A stretch of 64,000 nt of DNA, from positions 190,714,001 through 190,778,000 of the forward strand of contig NC_086097.1 of the NCBI RefSeq assembly GCF_963921235.1, given 5' to 3'. This document shows, in pieces, positions 1 through 12,383 of this stretch (position 1 is the first letter of the stretch; every line of letters begins with the position of its first letter). The DNA comes from Mobula hypostoma. Taxonomy: Eukaryota. The position numbers were made by a program, and so were the translations under genes. A model generated the notes under the pieces. It had not been told where the DNA came from. It did not search any database and saw only the letters and a program-made list of their open reading frames with translations.

Positions 1-1395
1 TAAGAACATAAGAAATAGGAGCAGAAGTAGGCCATCCGGCCCATCGAGTCTGCCCCACCATTCAATAAGATCATGGCTGATCTGTCCGTAAACTCAGCTC
101 CATCTACCTGTCTTTTCCCCATAACCCTTAATTCCCCTACTATGTAAAAACTGATCTAACTGTATCTTAAACCTCAACTGCTTCCCTGGACGGAGAATTC
201 CACAGATTCACCGCTCTCTGGGAAAAACAGTTTCTCTTCATCTTCATCCTAAATCTTCTCCCCTGAATCTTGAGGCAATGAACCCTAGTTCTAGTCTCAC
301 CTACCAATGGAGACAACTTTCCTATTTCTATCTTATCTATCCCTTTCAAAAATTTGCATGTTTCTATAAGTTCCCCTCTCATTCTTCTGAATTCCAGAGA
401 GTATAGTCCCAGGCATCTCAATCTCTCCTCATAGGTTAACCACCTCATTTCTGGAATCAGCTTGGTGAACCTCCTCTGCACTGCCTCCAAAGCCAGTATA
501 TCCTTCCTCAAGTATGGAGACCAGAACTGCACACAGTACTCCAGGTGTGGCCTCACCAGTACCCTGTATAGTTGCAGCATGACCTCCTTGCTCTTGAATT
601 TAATCCCTCTAGCAATGAAGGCCAACATTCTGTTTGCCTTCTTAATAACCTGTTGTATCTGCAAGCCAACTTTTTGTGATTCATGAACAAACACTCCCAA
701 GTCCCTCTGTACAACAGCATGCTGCAATCTTTCACTATTTAAATAATAATCTGCTCTTCTATTACTCCTTGCAAAGTGGATGATCTTGTATTTCCCAAAT
801 GCCAGACCTTGGCCCACTCACTTAACCTATCTATATCCCTCTGCAGACTCCCCACATCCTCTGTACAATTTGCTTTTCCACTCAGTTTAGTGTCATCAGC
901 AAATTTTGCTACGATACACTCAGTCCCCTCTTCCAAATCATCAATGTAACTAGTAAACAGCTGCGGGCCAGCACTGAACCCTGCGGCACCCCACTCATCA
1001 CTGACTGCCAGCCGGAGAAACCCCCATTTATACCAACTGCCTTCTGTTGGTTAACCAATCCACTATCCATGCCAATACACTTCCTCTGACTCCATGCATC
1101 CGTATCTTACTTATAAGTCTCTTGTGTGGCACCTTATCGAACACCTTCTGGAAATCCAAGTATACGACATCCACCTGTTCCCCTCTATCCACTGCACTCA
1201 TTATGTCCTCAAAGAACTCCAGTAAGTTTGTCAAACAGGACCTGCCCTTTCTGAATCCATGCTGCATCCGTCTAATAGAACCACTCCTTTCTAAATGTTT
1301 TGCTATTTCTTCCTTAATGACAACTTTAAGCATTTACCCGACTACAGGTGTTAAGCTAACGGGCCTATAGTTGCCCATCTTTTGCCTACATCCTT
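1..1395 (-). mobile_element. CR1 LINE, 3' part (RT domain, C-terminus, 3' UTR/tail), frameshifted
   Basis: ORFs 1028-1333 (QHGFRKGRSCLTNLLEFFE, YLDFQKVFDKVPH), 739-936 (KFADD) and 167-817 (LVRPHLEYCVQFWSP); CR1-type tail TAAGAACATAAGAA at the window start. Confidence 0.93.
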
Positions 1396-2460
1396 TCTTA
1401 GCTCAAGATTCTTCAGCCCGAGATTATTACCCTTGAGATCCTGCTTCTCAGCTTCCTTCCTTACTCCCTCTTTACTTTTTTCAGGACCTCCTCCCTTTTT
1501 CTTGCTATGTTGTTGGTACCAATATGTACCATGGCTTCTGGCTGCTCACCTTCCCTTTTCAATATATTGTAGATGCATCCAGAAACATCTCAGACCCTGA
1601 CACCTGAGAGGCAAACTACCATTTATGTTTCTTTTTTGAATCCACAAAATTGCCTATCTGTTCCCCTGACTACAGAGTCTTCCGTAACTGCAGCCATCCT
1701 CTTCAGTTCCATACCCTTCTGAGCCACGTTGTCAGACTCAATGCCAGAGGCACGGCCACTGTTGCTTCCCCCAGGTAGGTCATCATCCCAACAGTACTCA
1801 AAATGGAGTACTTATTGTTGAGGGGGACTGCCACAATGGTGCTCTCCACTATCTGACGTTTTCCTTTCCATCTCCTAACAGTCACCCATTTATCTGTCTC
1901 CTGTAGCCTTGGGGTGACTGCCTCCCTGTAGCTCTTGTCTATCACTGCCATGCTTTCCCTAACAAGCCAAATGTCATCGAGCTGCAGCTCCAGTTCCCTA
2001 ACATGGTTTCTAAGAAGCTGCATCTTGGTGCACCTAGTGCAGAAATGGTCATCAGAGAGGCTGGAAGTCTTCTGGAAATCCCTCATCTGACACCCAGAAC
2101 AGAACACTGGCTCTGTAGACATACCCCCTATTCTCTCTAGAGTTGAATACAAAAAAGGAATGAACTTACGTAGACTCTGCCTGTTCTCGCTGAAGCCCTG
2201 CTTGAGCCAAAGCCTTCCTATTCTGCCTCAGACTACTCCAATGACAACTGCTCCCATGATGACTGCTCTACTACGCAGTACCTCTCTTTCATAGAGACTC
2301 GGTTTCCCATCGAACCTGAGCGGGAACTCTCCTGTTGCATCTGTGCGATATCCCAATCAATGACTCCTGTCGAAAAACTTGCTCCTTTTTCAAACTGTTT
2401 GTTGGGCCTATGCGGGAACACTCCTGTTACGTCTGTGCAGTACTCCAATCAAAGTTGAGC
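1396..2460 (-). mobile_element. CR1 ORF1 (zinc finger/leucine zipper, start of esterase) and probable 5' UTR remnant
   Basis: ORF 1703-2152 has CxxC..CxxC then LLRNHVRELELQL heptads and VPLNNKYSIL, typical of CR1 ORF1p; ~41-bp direct repeat near 2320 and 2412. Confidence 0.75.
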
Positions 2461-2659
2461 TGGAAGTCAGGAGCAGAAAGGCAGTGACTTGGTCACTACT
2501 TCTGTCCCACCAACTGAAGAGTGTAGTGGTTAAGAGTTGAAACACTCTATGAAGGTTGGGCACCACATGACAACACCTGCTTCTGGCCAAAGGCTATGGT
2601 GGCCTTATCGGGTAACTGAAGAGAGCACCCTGATGTATGATGCAAGCCTCCCTGGGGAA

Positions 2660-3870
2660 AAAATTCTGACTTTCCACTTGACCTACGCTTCTTATCATCT
2701 TGTACCTCTCTAACAAGTTACCTCACATCCTCCAAAAAGAAAAGCTCTAGCTCACTTAACCTATCCTCATAAGACATGCTCTCCAATCCAGACAGCTTCC
2801 TGGTCAATCTCCTCTCTATCATTTCTAAAGTCTTCACATCCTTCCTATAATGATATGACCAGATCTAAACACAACATACCAAGTGTGGTCTAGCCAGAGT
2901 TTTATAGAGCTGCACATTACCCTCTGGCTTTTCAACTCAGTCTCTTGAATAATGTTCAACACATCATTGACCTTCTTCTCCACCCTATCAACTTCTGTGG
3001 CATCTTTGAGGGATCTATGGATGTGGAGTCCATGATTCCTCTATTCCTCTACACTGTTAAGAATCCTCCCATTAACTCTGTACTCTGTCTTTGAGTTTGA
3101 CTTTCTGAGTAGTATCACTTCATATTTTTCCAGATTGACCTTCACCTGCCACTTCTCAGCCCAGCTCAGCATCCTGTCAATGTCCTGTTGTAACCCATGA
3201 CAATCTTCTACACATCCACAACACCTTCATATCATCTAACCTGCCCTTCCACTTCCTCATCCAAGTAATTTATAAAAGTTACAAACAGCAGGGATCTCAG
3301 AACAGATTCCAGCAGAAAATTGCTGGTTACCAACCTCTGGTAGAATATGTTCCATCTGCATCTCCAGCCATCCTCTGTCATCTGTGGAAAAACTAATTCT
3401 GAATCCACATAGCCAAGTTTCCCTGGATTCCATGCCTTCTGTCTTTCTGACTGATCCTACCATGTGAAAGTTGTCAAAAGCATTACTAAAATCCATATAC
3501 ACCACAGCCGCCACTTTACCTTCCTCATAGAATTCATTCAGGCTCATGAGGCCCCTTACAAAACCATGCTGAGTACCCTTACACGAGGAAATCTGCAGAT
3601 GCTGGAATTTCAAGCAACACACATAAAAGTTGCTGGTGAATGCAGCAACTTTTATCTGACTATCCCTAATCAGACTTCTCCATATCGTTGTTAGTCCTGT
3701 CTTTAAAAATCCTTTCCAAAAATTTGCCTACCACTGGTCTATAATTCCCAGGGCTATCTGTCTTTTCTTTCTTGAACAAAGGAATAACATTTGCTATTCT
3801 CCAATCATCTAGTACTACTCCCGTGGCCAGTGTGGATGCAAATTTCATAGCCAAAGGCTCAGCAATTTCA
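2660..3870 (-). mobile_element. Degenerate CR1 ORF2 fragment
   Basis: ORFs 3666-3896 (DWRIANVIPLFKK..PGNYRPV) and 3257-3622 (YMDFSNAFD). Confidence 0.85.
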
Positions 3871-3966
3871 TATAATGATGTATCGTTTCTGATCACTTGT
3901 TAAGAGTAATAGGCCATCATTATCCTGGTAAAGTACTATATTGCAAAATACAGTATATCTTAATAC

Positions 3967-5053
3967 TGTTACGTGTCCCCAGTTTCATTTTACTGGGAGT
4001 CGACAGTTTCATTTCTGTGAGTGTTACCTTATGACGTATGCCGGTGGTATAAAAAAAATAGTGTTGACGGGAGTCAAAGGAAAGAGAGAGAGTGTGAGGT
4101 TTGCAGGCTTCAGGCTTTCAAGGAACAGCTCATGATTGAGAAGGGTAAAGTCTAATGCTCACCCATACCCAAAGGATTGGGTTAATCAGCGGCACTCTGT
4201 GCATCGTGGAGACGTGTCTGTCCTTCGCATGATCCATGGGTGTGGATTTCATGACAGTCACTTTGTGAAATCACTCTTCGTGGACTTCATAGAACATAGA
4301 ACATAGAATAGTACAGCACAGTACAGGCCCTTTGGCCCATGTTGTGCCGACCCTCAAACCCTGCCTCCAATATAACCCCCCACCTTAAATTCCTCCATAT
4401 ACCTGTCTAGTAGTCTCTTAAATTTCACTAGTGTATCTGCCTCCATGACTCAGGCAGTGTATTCCATGCACCAAACACTCTCTGAGTAAAAAACCTTCCT
4501 CTAATATCCCCCTTGAACTTCCCACCCCTTACCTTAAAGCCACGTCTCTATTTATTGAGCAGTGGTGCCCTGGGGAAGAGGTGCTGGCTATCCACTCTAT
4601 CTATTCCTCTTATTATCTTGTATACCTCTATCATGTCTCCTCTCATCCTCCTTCTCTCCAAAGAGAGAACAGTATTGGGAACAGTATTCTTCGGCTGGGA
4701 TCTTTGGTAATCATTTCTTCATTCGCTAGCCGTGGAATCTTTGGAATTCGTCGTGATCGCCTCGTCGCTGCACTGTGAATCCAGAAGTCTCTCCTCTCAC
4801 CTATTTCTTGAATTACTAGGACTCTCTGACCAGCCACTTTAAGACTGTGCTTGAGTAAGATTTGTTCAGTACGGGTTCTAAGTTTGACTGCAGGGGAGCT
4901 ATAGACTCATAACACTGTTAACTTCTGTTTAAGGAGGTAGTTTATTTAGTTTTCTATATTTTTGAGTAGATGTAAATAAATATAGTTGTTTTAATATTAA
5001 AACCCGACTCAATTTGTCATCTCTTGCTGCTTGTATGTTATGAAATTGTAACA
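3967..5053 (+). repeat. 5' LTR (interrupted by a CR1 fragment)
   Basis: TGTTAC...GTAACA termini; aligns with 10540-11233 at roughly 90% by eye. Confidence 0.95.
4289..4665 (-). mobile_element. 5'-truncated CR1 3' end inserted in the 5' LTR
   Basis: (CATAGAA)n tail and 3' UTR nearly identical to 38720-39103; absent from the 3' LTR. Confidence 0.92.
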
Positions 5054-5057
5054 AAAT

Positions 5058-5075
5058 TGGGGGCTCGTCCAGGAT
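5058..5075 (+). promoter_or_regulatory. Primer binding site, tRNA-Pro
   Basis: TGGGGGCTCGTCCAGGAT, 17/18 match to the canonical tRNA-Pro PBS TGGGGGCTCGTCCGGGAT, 4 nt after the LTR end. Confidence 0.92.
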
Positions 5076-5165
5076 ATGAACAAGATTGGAACTTATTGAT
5101 TGATTGATTATCGATCTTATTGGCTATTTCTCTTTTGATTGACTTGCGTGTGCATACTAGCAGCA

Positions 5166-6305
5166 ATGGGTGTTGTGGAATTTCTAACATTGCCAACTCC
5201 TGAGACATTAGAGAAAGCCAAAAAGGATGAATTGTTGGTCATTGCTAATGAGCTGAACCTTACGGAGGTAAAGCGGGGTATGAAAAAGACAGAGATTCAG
5301 AGGAAAATAGTTGAGCACTATATATCTATGAAGCAGTTTGATGAGGAGGTGTTAAAGAGGTTTCCTGTAAGTAAAGAGGAGATCCAGTTACGACTCGAAC
5401 AAATGAAGTTAGAAGGACTTAAATTAGAGGCTGAGAATAATGGAAGACAAACAGAGGGAAGAAGCAGACAAATAAAAGCAACTTGAGATAGAGGTGGAGT
5501 GGTTAAGGCCCGAGAGGCAAACTTCTGCCTCTAGGGAGCTGGTTGTACTGTTTATTGCCAGCTAGGAAGTTAAACTGGTCTCTCCATTTGATGAGGCTGA
5601 GTTTGATAAATATTCCAGCATTTTGAGAAAGTTGCTCGGAGCCAAAAGTGGCCGAAAGAAAGCTGGCCTCTCTTGTTACAGACTGTAATTAAGGGTAAGG
5701 CTCACCAGGCTTACTCTGACTTATCAATTGGAGATGCAGCTAATTATGAGATCGTGAAACGGGCTGTACTTAAAGCCCATGAATTGGTTCCAGAAGCCCA
5801 TAGGCAAAGGTTTAGGAATTTGAAGAAATGTGTGAACCAGACTCATGTGTGAACCAAATCTGTGTGTTTTGAACGATGGTGCACATCTAAAAATGTGGGT
5901 GGTGATTTCGACAAATTGAAAGAGTTGGTTTTAATTGAAGAATTTACAAGGTGCGTCCACAATGACATAAAGATGTACTTGGATGAAAAGGATGCTGCCA
6001 CTTTACAAGAATCTGCTAAATTAGCAGATGAGTTTTCCTTAACCCACAAGCTTAAGTTTACCCCAAGGAAGACCTTCCAAAAGAGTAGCATGCATAGCCA
6101 GGGTAAACCAGAAATCAAATCTGGGTCTAGTGACAAAGGTAAGGATGAAGGGAAACAATTAAAGGAGCAAGCCTCTGGTCCTACTTGTCACTATTGTAGG
6201 AAACCTGGTCACGTTATGGCTAACTGTTTCCTTCTGAAAAAGACGGAAAAAGAGGCAGTTCCAGATGCCAGTGTTCAAAAGGTTGAAACACCTGTGAACC
6301 CATGA
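5166..6305 (+). pseudogene. gag: Gag (coiled coil, SCAN-like capsid C-terminal domain, CCHC zinc knuckle), disrupted
   Basis: MGVVEFLTLPTPETL start; LKELVLIEEF..LDEKDAATLQESAKLADEF; CHYCRKPGHVMANC knuckle; frameshifts and stops between 5486 and 5862. Confidence 0.88.
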
Positions 6306-6369
6306 GGTTCTGAACATTCTGATGAAGCTCTGTCAAAGGCTAAGACGTCTGGTCAGGTTAGGAAATAAT

Positions 6370-9300
6370 TCCTTAATTTTACCTCAGATGGGTTTGTTTC
6401 AGTAAAGGAAGGGTCAACCCTGGTACCAGTGAAAATTCTTCAAGATACTGGGGCTTCTCAATCACTTATGTTAGACAATGTTCAAAAGTTTATTGATGAG
6501 ACTGCCATTGGTGAGGTAAATCTTATTCGAGGTGTTGGGTGCAGTGTTGTTTCTGTACCTCTGCACAAGGTAATTTTGAAGTCAGAGTTAGTTTCAGGAC
6601 TTATTAAAATAGGACTACAACCCAGTTTACCAATGGAAGGTATTTCTTTGTTGTTAGGGAATGACCTAGCAGGTGGTAAAATTGTTCCTGCAGTACAACC
6701 GACAAGCAAGCCAATCAATGATGATTCAAAGATAGACCTTAACATTTATCCCTCGTGTGCAGTAACTCGAGCTAGGGCCAAGAAACTTGCCAATGCAGAT
6801 GGTCCTGTGCAGCCTGATTCGGCTACTCATGATAGCCCAAATAGGGAATCAGATTTTGATGACTTGTTAGGGACTTTTCTGCCTTCATTGTTTCACCAGG
6901 ATCCAGGTATTAAGTCTGATAATAAATATTTATCTTTGTCTAGGATGGAGTTTACAGCAGAATAGAGCAGAGACCCTGAGATTGAAGTTTTAAGAGAAAA
7001 AGCTCCCTCAGGTGAGGCGATTGATAAAGTGCCAGTAGGGTATTATTTCAAAGATGGAGTGTTAATGCGGAAGTGCAGACCACCTGATGTTCCTGCAAGT
7101 GAGGAACGGGCAATTGTTCACCAGGTTGTTATTCCTAAATCCTATAGGAATGAGATTTTAACTTTGGCTCATAGTAAACCCTTGGGTGGCCATCTAGGTG
7201 TGAATAAAACTGTGAACAAAGTTTTAAAACAATTCTTCTGGCCTAGTTTGAGGAAAAATGTTGCAACATTTTGCAGGACTTGTCACACTTGTCAGGTTGT
7301 GGGTAAACCTAATCAGGTCACCCCAGTGGCCCCACTGCAGCCTATTCCTGCATTTGGTGAACCCTTTTCTAAAGTTATTGTGGATTGTGTTGGCCCATTG
7401 CCAAAAACTAAAGCTGGTCATGAGTATTTGCCAACTATCATGTGTACAGTACTAGATTTTCAGAGGCAATACCTCTCAGAAATATAAAAGCCAAAACTGT
7501 GTCGAAGGATCCCATAAAATTTTGTTTTACTTTATTTGGTTTGCCTAAAGAAATTCAGTATGATCAAGGGAGCAATTTTATGTCAGGATTATTCCAGTAG
7601 GTAGTTTTATAAACTGGGAGCCAAACAGATTACGTCGTCTGCGTATCATCCAGAATCCCAAGGGGCCTTAGAGAGATTCCATTTTACCCTTAAAACCATG
7701 ATTAGGACATTCTGTATTGAAAATGAGAAGGATTGGGATGAGGGAGTTCATTTGCTTTTATTTGCAGCAAGGGAGTCAGTACAAGAGTCCCGAGGCTTCA
7801 GTCCATTTGAACTTGTGTTTGGTTGCCAGGTCCAAGGACCTTTGGCATTGTTAAAGGAACAGTTGGTTAACAATGACCTGCATGTTAATTTGCTAGATTA
7901 TTTTTTGAAGTTCAAGGACAAATTGCAAAGGGCTTGCAACCTAGCAAAGGAAAATTTAAAATCAGCCCAGGAAAGAATGAAAACTTGGTATGATAAACAA
8001 GCCAGAATTCAAGCTGGGAGATAAAGTGCTTGTTTTGTTTCCTGTGCAAACAAACCCTCTACAAGCTAGGTTTCATGGTCCCCATGAAATTGTGGCTAAA
8101 ATTAATAATGTTGACTATGTAGTCAAAATACCAGATAGACTAAGGCCAACACAGCTTGGTCATGTAAATATGCTTAAGCTGCATTATGAAGAACAAACTG
8201 TAGCTGTGGCAGTTGCTGTAAACAAAGATGGATATGAGCTCTCTGGAAATTTATTAGTTCATCCATCTGAGGCCTATTTTAAACTGAACATTATTTCAGC
8301 CAGATTGACAAATTCAACTATTTTGGAAAATATTGATGAGAAACTGGCTCATTTACAGCCACAGCAGCAGCAGCAGATGAAGCAGTTAATTATGAAATTT
8401 AAAGATTTATTTCCTGATATCCCAAAAAGAACCACAATGGCCTTACATGATGTAGATGTGGGTAATAACAAACTTATAAAGCAACATCCATATTGTATGA
8501 ATATTGAAAAATGTAAACTTGCTGAACAAGAAATTGAGTATATGTTAGAAAATAATATTATTAGACCTTCTACTTCAGATTGGAGTTCATCTTGTGTCAT
8601 GGTATCTAAACCAGATGGTAGTATCAGATTCTGCACTGGTTACTGAAAAGTGAATGTTGTAACAAAAACAGATGCTTATCCAATCCCTAGAGTGGATGAT
8701 TGTGTAGACAAGGTTGGAAAAGCTAAGTTTCTTACAAAGATTGATCTGTTAAAAAGATATTGGTGTGTTCCATTAATGGGTAGAGGTAGAGAAATTTCTG
8801 CCTTTGTGACACCTTTTGGGTTGTATGAATACAATGTTCTACCATTTGGAATGAAAAATGGTCTGGGAACATTCCAGAGAATGATTAATTCAGTAATTCA
8901 AGGGTTAGAACACACAGATGCCTATATTGATGATTTAGTCACAGGGAATGACACCTGGGAAGCCCATATATCTCCAGTGGAAAAGCTGTTTGAAAGGCTC
9001 TCAAGAGCCAACCTTACAATTAACCTAGCTAAGAGTGAATTTGGCCATGCCACTGTGACCTATCTTGGTTAAGTTGTAGATCAAGGCAGGTTGGCTCCTG
9101 TTCAGGAAAAAGTTCAGGCAATTTCTGAGGTTCCAATTCCAAACAGGAAAAGGACTCTTAGAAGATTTCTGCGAGTGGCCGGATATTATCGCAAGTTCTG
9201 TAAGAACTTTGCTGATATTGTTCTCCCATTTACTAACCTCCTGAAGAAGGGTGAAAAATTTGCTTGGACAGAACCTTGTCAGGAGGCATTTGATAAATTG

Positions 9301-10329
9301 AAAGCTATCTTATGTCACCAACCTGTGCTCAGGTCACCTGATTTTTCCAAGCCATTTTCCATAGCTGTGGATGCCAGTGATGAAGCTGCAGGAGCAGTGT
9401 TACTACAAAGGGATAATTATGTTGATGATCCTGTGGCTTACTTTTCAAAGAAATTCAATGAGCATCAAAAAAATTATTCCACCATAGAAAAATAATTATT
9501 ATCACTTATTTTGGCTTTGCAGCATTTTGATGTGTATGTTTACACAGCTCAGAAACCAATTGTGATTTATACAGATCATAACCCATTGGTGTTCTTGAGT
9601 AAGCTGAAAAAATAAAAAAGAAGGTTGCTGAATTGGAGTTTGATTTTGCAAGAGTAGATTATGAAGACACGTAGTTCTCTTTTATTGTCATTTAGTAATG
9701 CATGAATTAAGAAGTGATACAATATTTCCTCCGGTGTGATATCACAAAACACAGGACAGACCAAGACTGAAAAAACTAACAAAGCCACATAATTATAACA
9801 TATAGTTACAACAGTGCACAATACCATAACTTGATGAAGAAGTCCATGAGCACAGTAAAGTTCAAAGTCTCTCAAACGTCCCACATCTCACGCAGACGGG
9901 AGAAGGAAGAAAAACTCTCCCTGATATGCCGACCACAATCCAACTCTGAATCATCCGAAAACTCTCTGACACCGAGTACTAAGTGCCATCTCTGTCCGAA
10001 CAATTCAACCTCCTTCTCAGTCACCAAAAGCAGGCAAGGCCAGGGATCTTGAGGCCTACCCTCCGAAAGATTCCCGACCACACAGTAACGACAGCAGTGA
10101 ATGGGTGTTTCAGAAATTTCTCCAGATGTTCCTCTGTGCTTTCATGTTCATTCGCCATCAAATCAGAATTGTGCACAGCCCCTATTTAACAGATACAATA
10201 TCATTTTTCACCAGAGGGCTGTGCACATGCAGGCGCACCGCCATCTTCTCCTCCTCTCCTCATGATCTCATGATAACTCACATTAAAGGCAAAGATAATG
10301 TATTTGCCGATTGTCTTTCCAGATGTTAA
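6370..10329 (+). pseudogene. pol: Pol: aspartic protease - integrase - reverse transcriptase - RNase H, disrupted
   Basis: ILQDTGASQS (protease, ~6440); AH..GH..CxxC, IVDCVGP, DQGSNF (integrase, 7160-7830); YPIPRVDD, LPFGMKN, YIDD (RT, 8480-9070); VDAS, YFSKK, HIKGKDNVFADCLSR (RNase H). Confidence 0.93.
9656..10261 (-). mobile_element. Non-coding, non-autonomous retroelement inserted into the RNase H region
   Basis: Removing it restores LQEY-DLMITHIKGKDN; its first ~200 bp recur at 60717-60885; minus-strand 5' end reads GGAGAAGATGGCGG. Confidence 0.8.
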
Positions 10330-10476
10330 ACTTGGAATGTAATTTTAATAATGGAGTGGAATTTAATATTTATATATGCTCTTGCAATATGTTGTATTAA
10401 TTTGTAGTGTGCTGTATGATAACTGTCTATGTATTGTTCCACATATTCTAGATTGTAGTTAAAATTTTCTCTCATT

Positions 10477-10483
10477 GGGGAGG
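10477..10483 (+). promoter_or_regulatory. Polypurine tract
   Basis: GGGGAGG immediately before the TGTTAC start of the 3' LTR. Confidence 0.75.
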
Positions 10484-11233
10484 TGTTACATGTCCACAGT
10501 TTTGTTTTCCTGGGAGTCCATAGTTTCATTTACTACGGGTGTCACGTATCCCCAGTTTCGTTTTACTGGGAGTCCACAGTTTCGTTTCTGTGAGCAATAC
10601 CTTATGACATATGCCGGCGGTATAAAAGAAATAGTGCTGAAGGGAGTCATAGGAAAGAGAGAGAGAGTGAAGATTGCAGGCTTTGAGCAATCAGGGAACA
10701 GCTCACGATCGAGAATGGTAAAGTCTAATGCTTACCCATACCCAAAGGATTGGGTTAATCAGCGGCACACTATGCATTGTGGAGACATGTCTGTCCTTCG
10801 TATGATCCATGAGTGTGGATTTCATGGCAGTCACTTTGTGAAATTGCTCTTTATGGACTTCGGAACAGTATTCCTCAGCTGGGATCTTTGGTACCCTTTT
10901 CTTCGCTTGCTAGCTGTGGAATCTTTGGAATTCATTGTGATCGCTTCGTTGCTGCATTGTGAATCCACAAGTCTCACCTCTCACCTACTTCATGAATTTC
11001 TGGGATTCTATAACCAGCCACTTTAAGACTGTGCTTGAGTAAGGTTTGTTAAGAACGGGTTCTAAGTTTGACTGTAAGGGAGCTATAGATGTATAACACT
11101 GTTAACTTCTGTTTAAGAAAGTTTATTTAGTTTTCTATATTTTGAGTAGATGTAAATAAATATAGTAGTTTTAATATTAAGACCTGACTCAATTTGTCAC
11201 TTCTTGCTGCTGGTATGTTATGAAATTGTAATA
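10484..11233 (+). repeat. 3' LTR
   Basis: TGTTAC...GTAATA (C>T change), homologous to the 5' LTR, followed by the ATAC TSD. Confidence 0.95.
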
Positions 11234-11532
11234 ATACAGTGGCTAATTCCAAAGCAGATATTAACTTGGGCTATCCAAAACATAAATCAATGTAACAAGA
11301 CTTCAACAGAAATCCCATTGAAAATGAGAAGTTAATTATTACATTCCTTTGAAGGGTAATTAATTAATTATAAGCTGCTGAGTTGCAAGCGCAAATTAAG
11401 TAAATTGCAAAAGTTGATTGTAGATTATCTTAAATGTAATGCTTAATTTATTGTATCCTCTACACTTCAACAGCTTTCCAGATAATATAAAACTATTTTG
11501 GAAATTGGAAGTGTAATGCCTTACGAATTTAT

Positions 11533-11681
11533 TGAGACACAAAAAATATATACCTCAAAAGATACTGATAAGAAGGGACACTAACCATTTATATGTTTCG
11601 ACTTTACTGAGACACAAAAAATATATACCCCAAAAGGTACTGATAAGAAGGGACACTAACCATTTATATGTTTCGACTTTA
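11533..11681. repeat. Tandem duplication, 75-bp unit x2
   Basis: TGAGACACAAAAAATATATAC...GTTTCGACTTTA starts at 11533 and 11608, about 2 mismatches. Confidence 0.95.
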
Positions 11682-12383
11682 AGATTTGCTTGCAAGCTGT
11701 AAACCTTACATTGTTTAGGAAGACGTCATGGATCTCCATAAAATGCACACATAGAAATAGAGCAAACAGCATGTTCCATATTTGTAGGCATGTTGCAGGA
11801 AGGATATTTGCAAATTATGGAAATAGTTTCCAAAAACAGGCCATGTATGAGATACAGAAATGTTGTTACCAGTGGAAATGTTTCTCACAGAAGTATAATT
11901 TTATATAATGTACTCATAAATCAATAAAAGTGTTGCTTCCTTATTGCCTTTGCAGAAATCTCTCTTCCTTTATATCTAACCACCAGCAGAAACAATATAT
12001 TGGTTGGGCCCAGGCAGCATGATAAGCTTGTAAATAAGTGGACAGTTAGCAATGTTAAGAGCTGCCTGCCTGACATTTCCCTCATTTTACAGCTGCAGGC
12101 ATTGTATCTTAAATTACATAGGATCCAGATTTACTTCTGCTGCAATTTTCCAATACAGTAACTGTCGTGCCCTGGAGTCACCTCCGCAGCAGTCAAAACT
12201 TTATGGCTTGTGATAAGAAAATCTCTAAAATGTATGTGACTCTGAAGAGTAAACAAACTTTTAATATCAAGTGCATTGAAGTTATACTTCCTTTGGCATT
12301 TCTGAGCTTCAAACTAACCCAGTCCACTGTCCTTAATCTCCTCGATCTTCATTTCAAGAAGCTTTGGAGGAGATAGATAATAT

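Larger units (their letters stand above)
3967..11233 (+). mobile_element. Full-length decayed Gmr1-like Ty3/Gypsy LTR retrotransposon
   Basis: Two homologous LTRs, ATAC TSD at 3963-3966 and 11234-11237, PBS, PPT, gag-pol with protease, integrase, RT, RNase H in that order. Confidence 0.95.

Noticed and set aside
8356..8376. Poly-Q (CAG) tract
   Set aside because: Only five codons, in the integrase-RT linker of a dead pol gene
10475..11026. 183-aa ORF as a possible env or accessory gene
   Set aside because: It lies within the 3' LTR, starts at TTG, and the 5' LTR equivalent is not open
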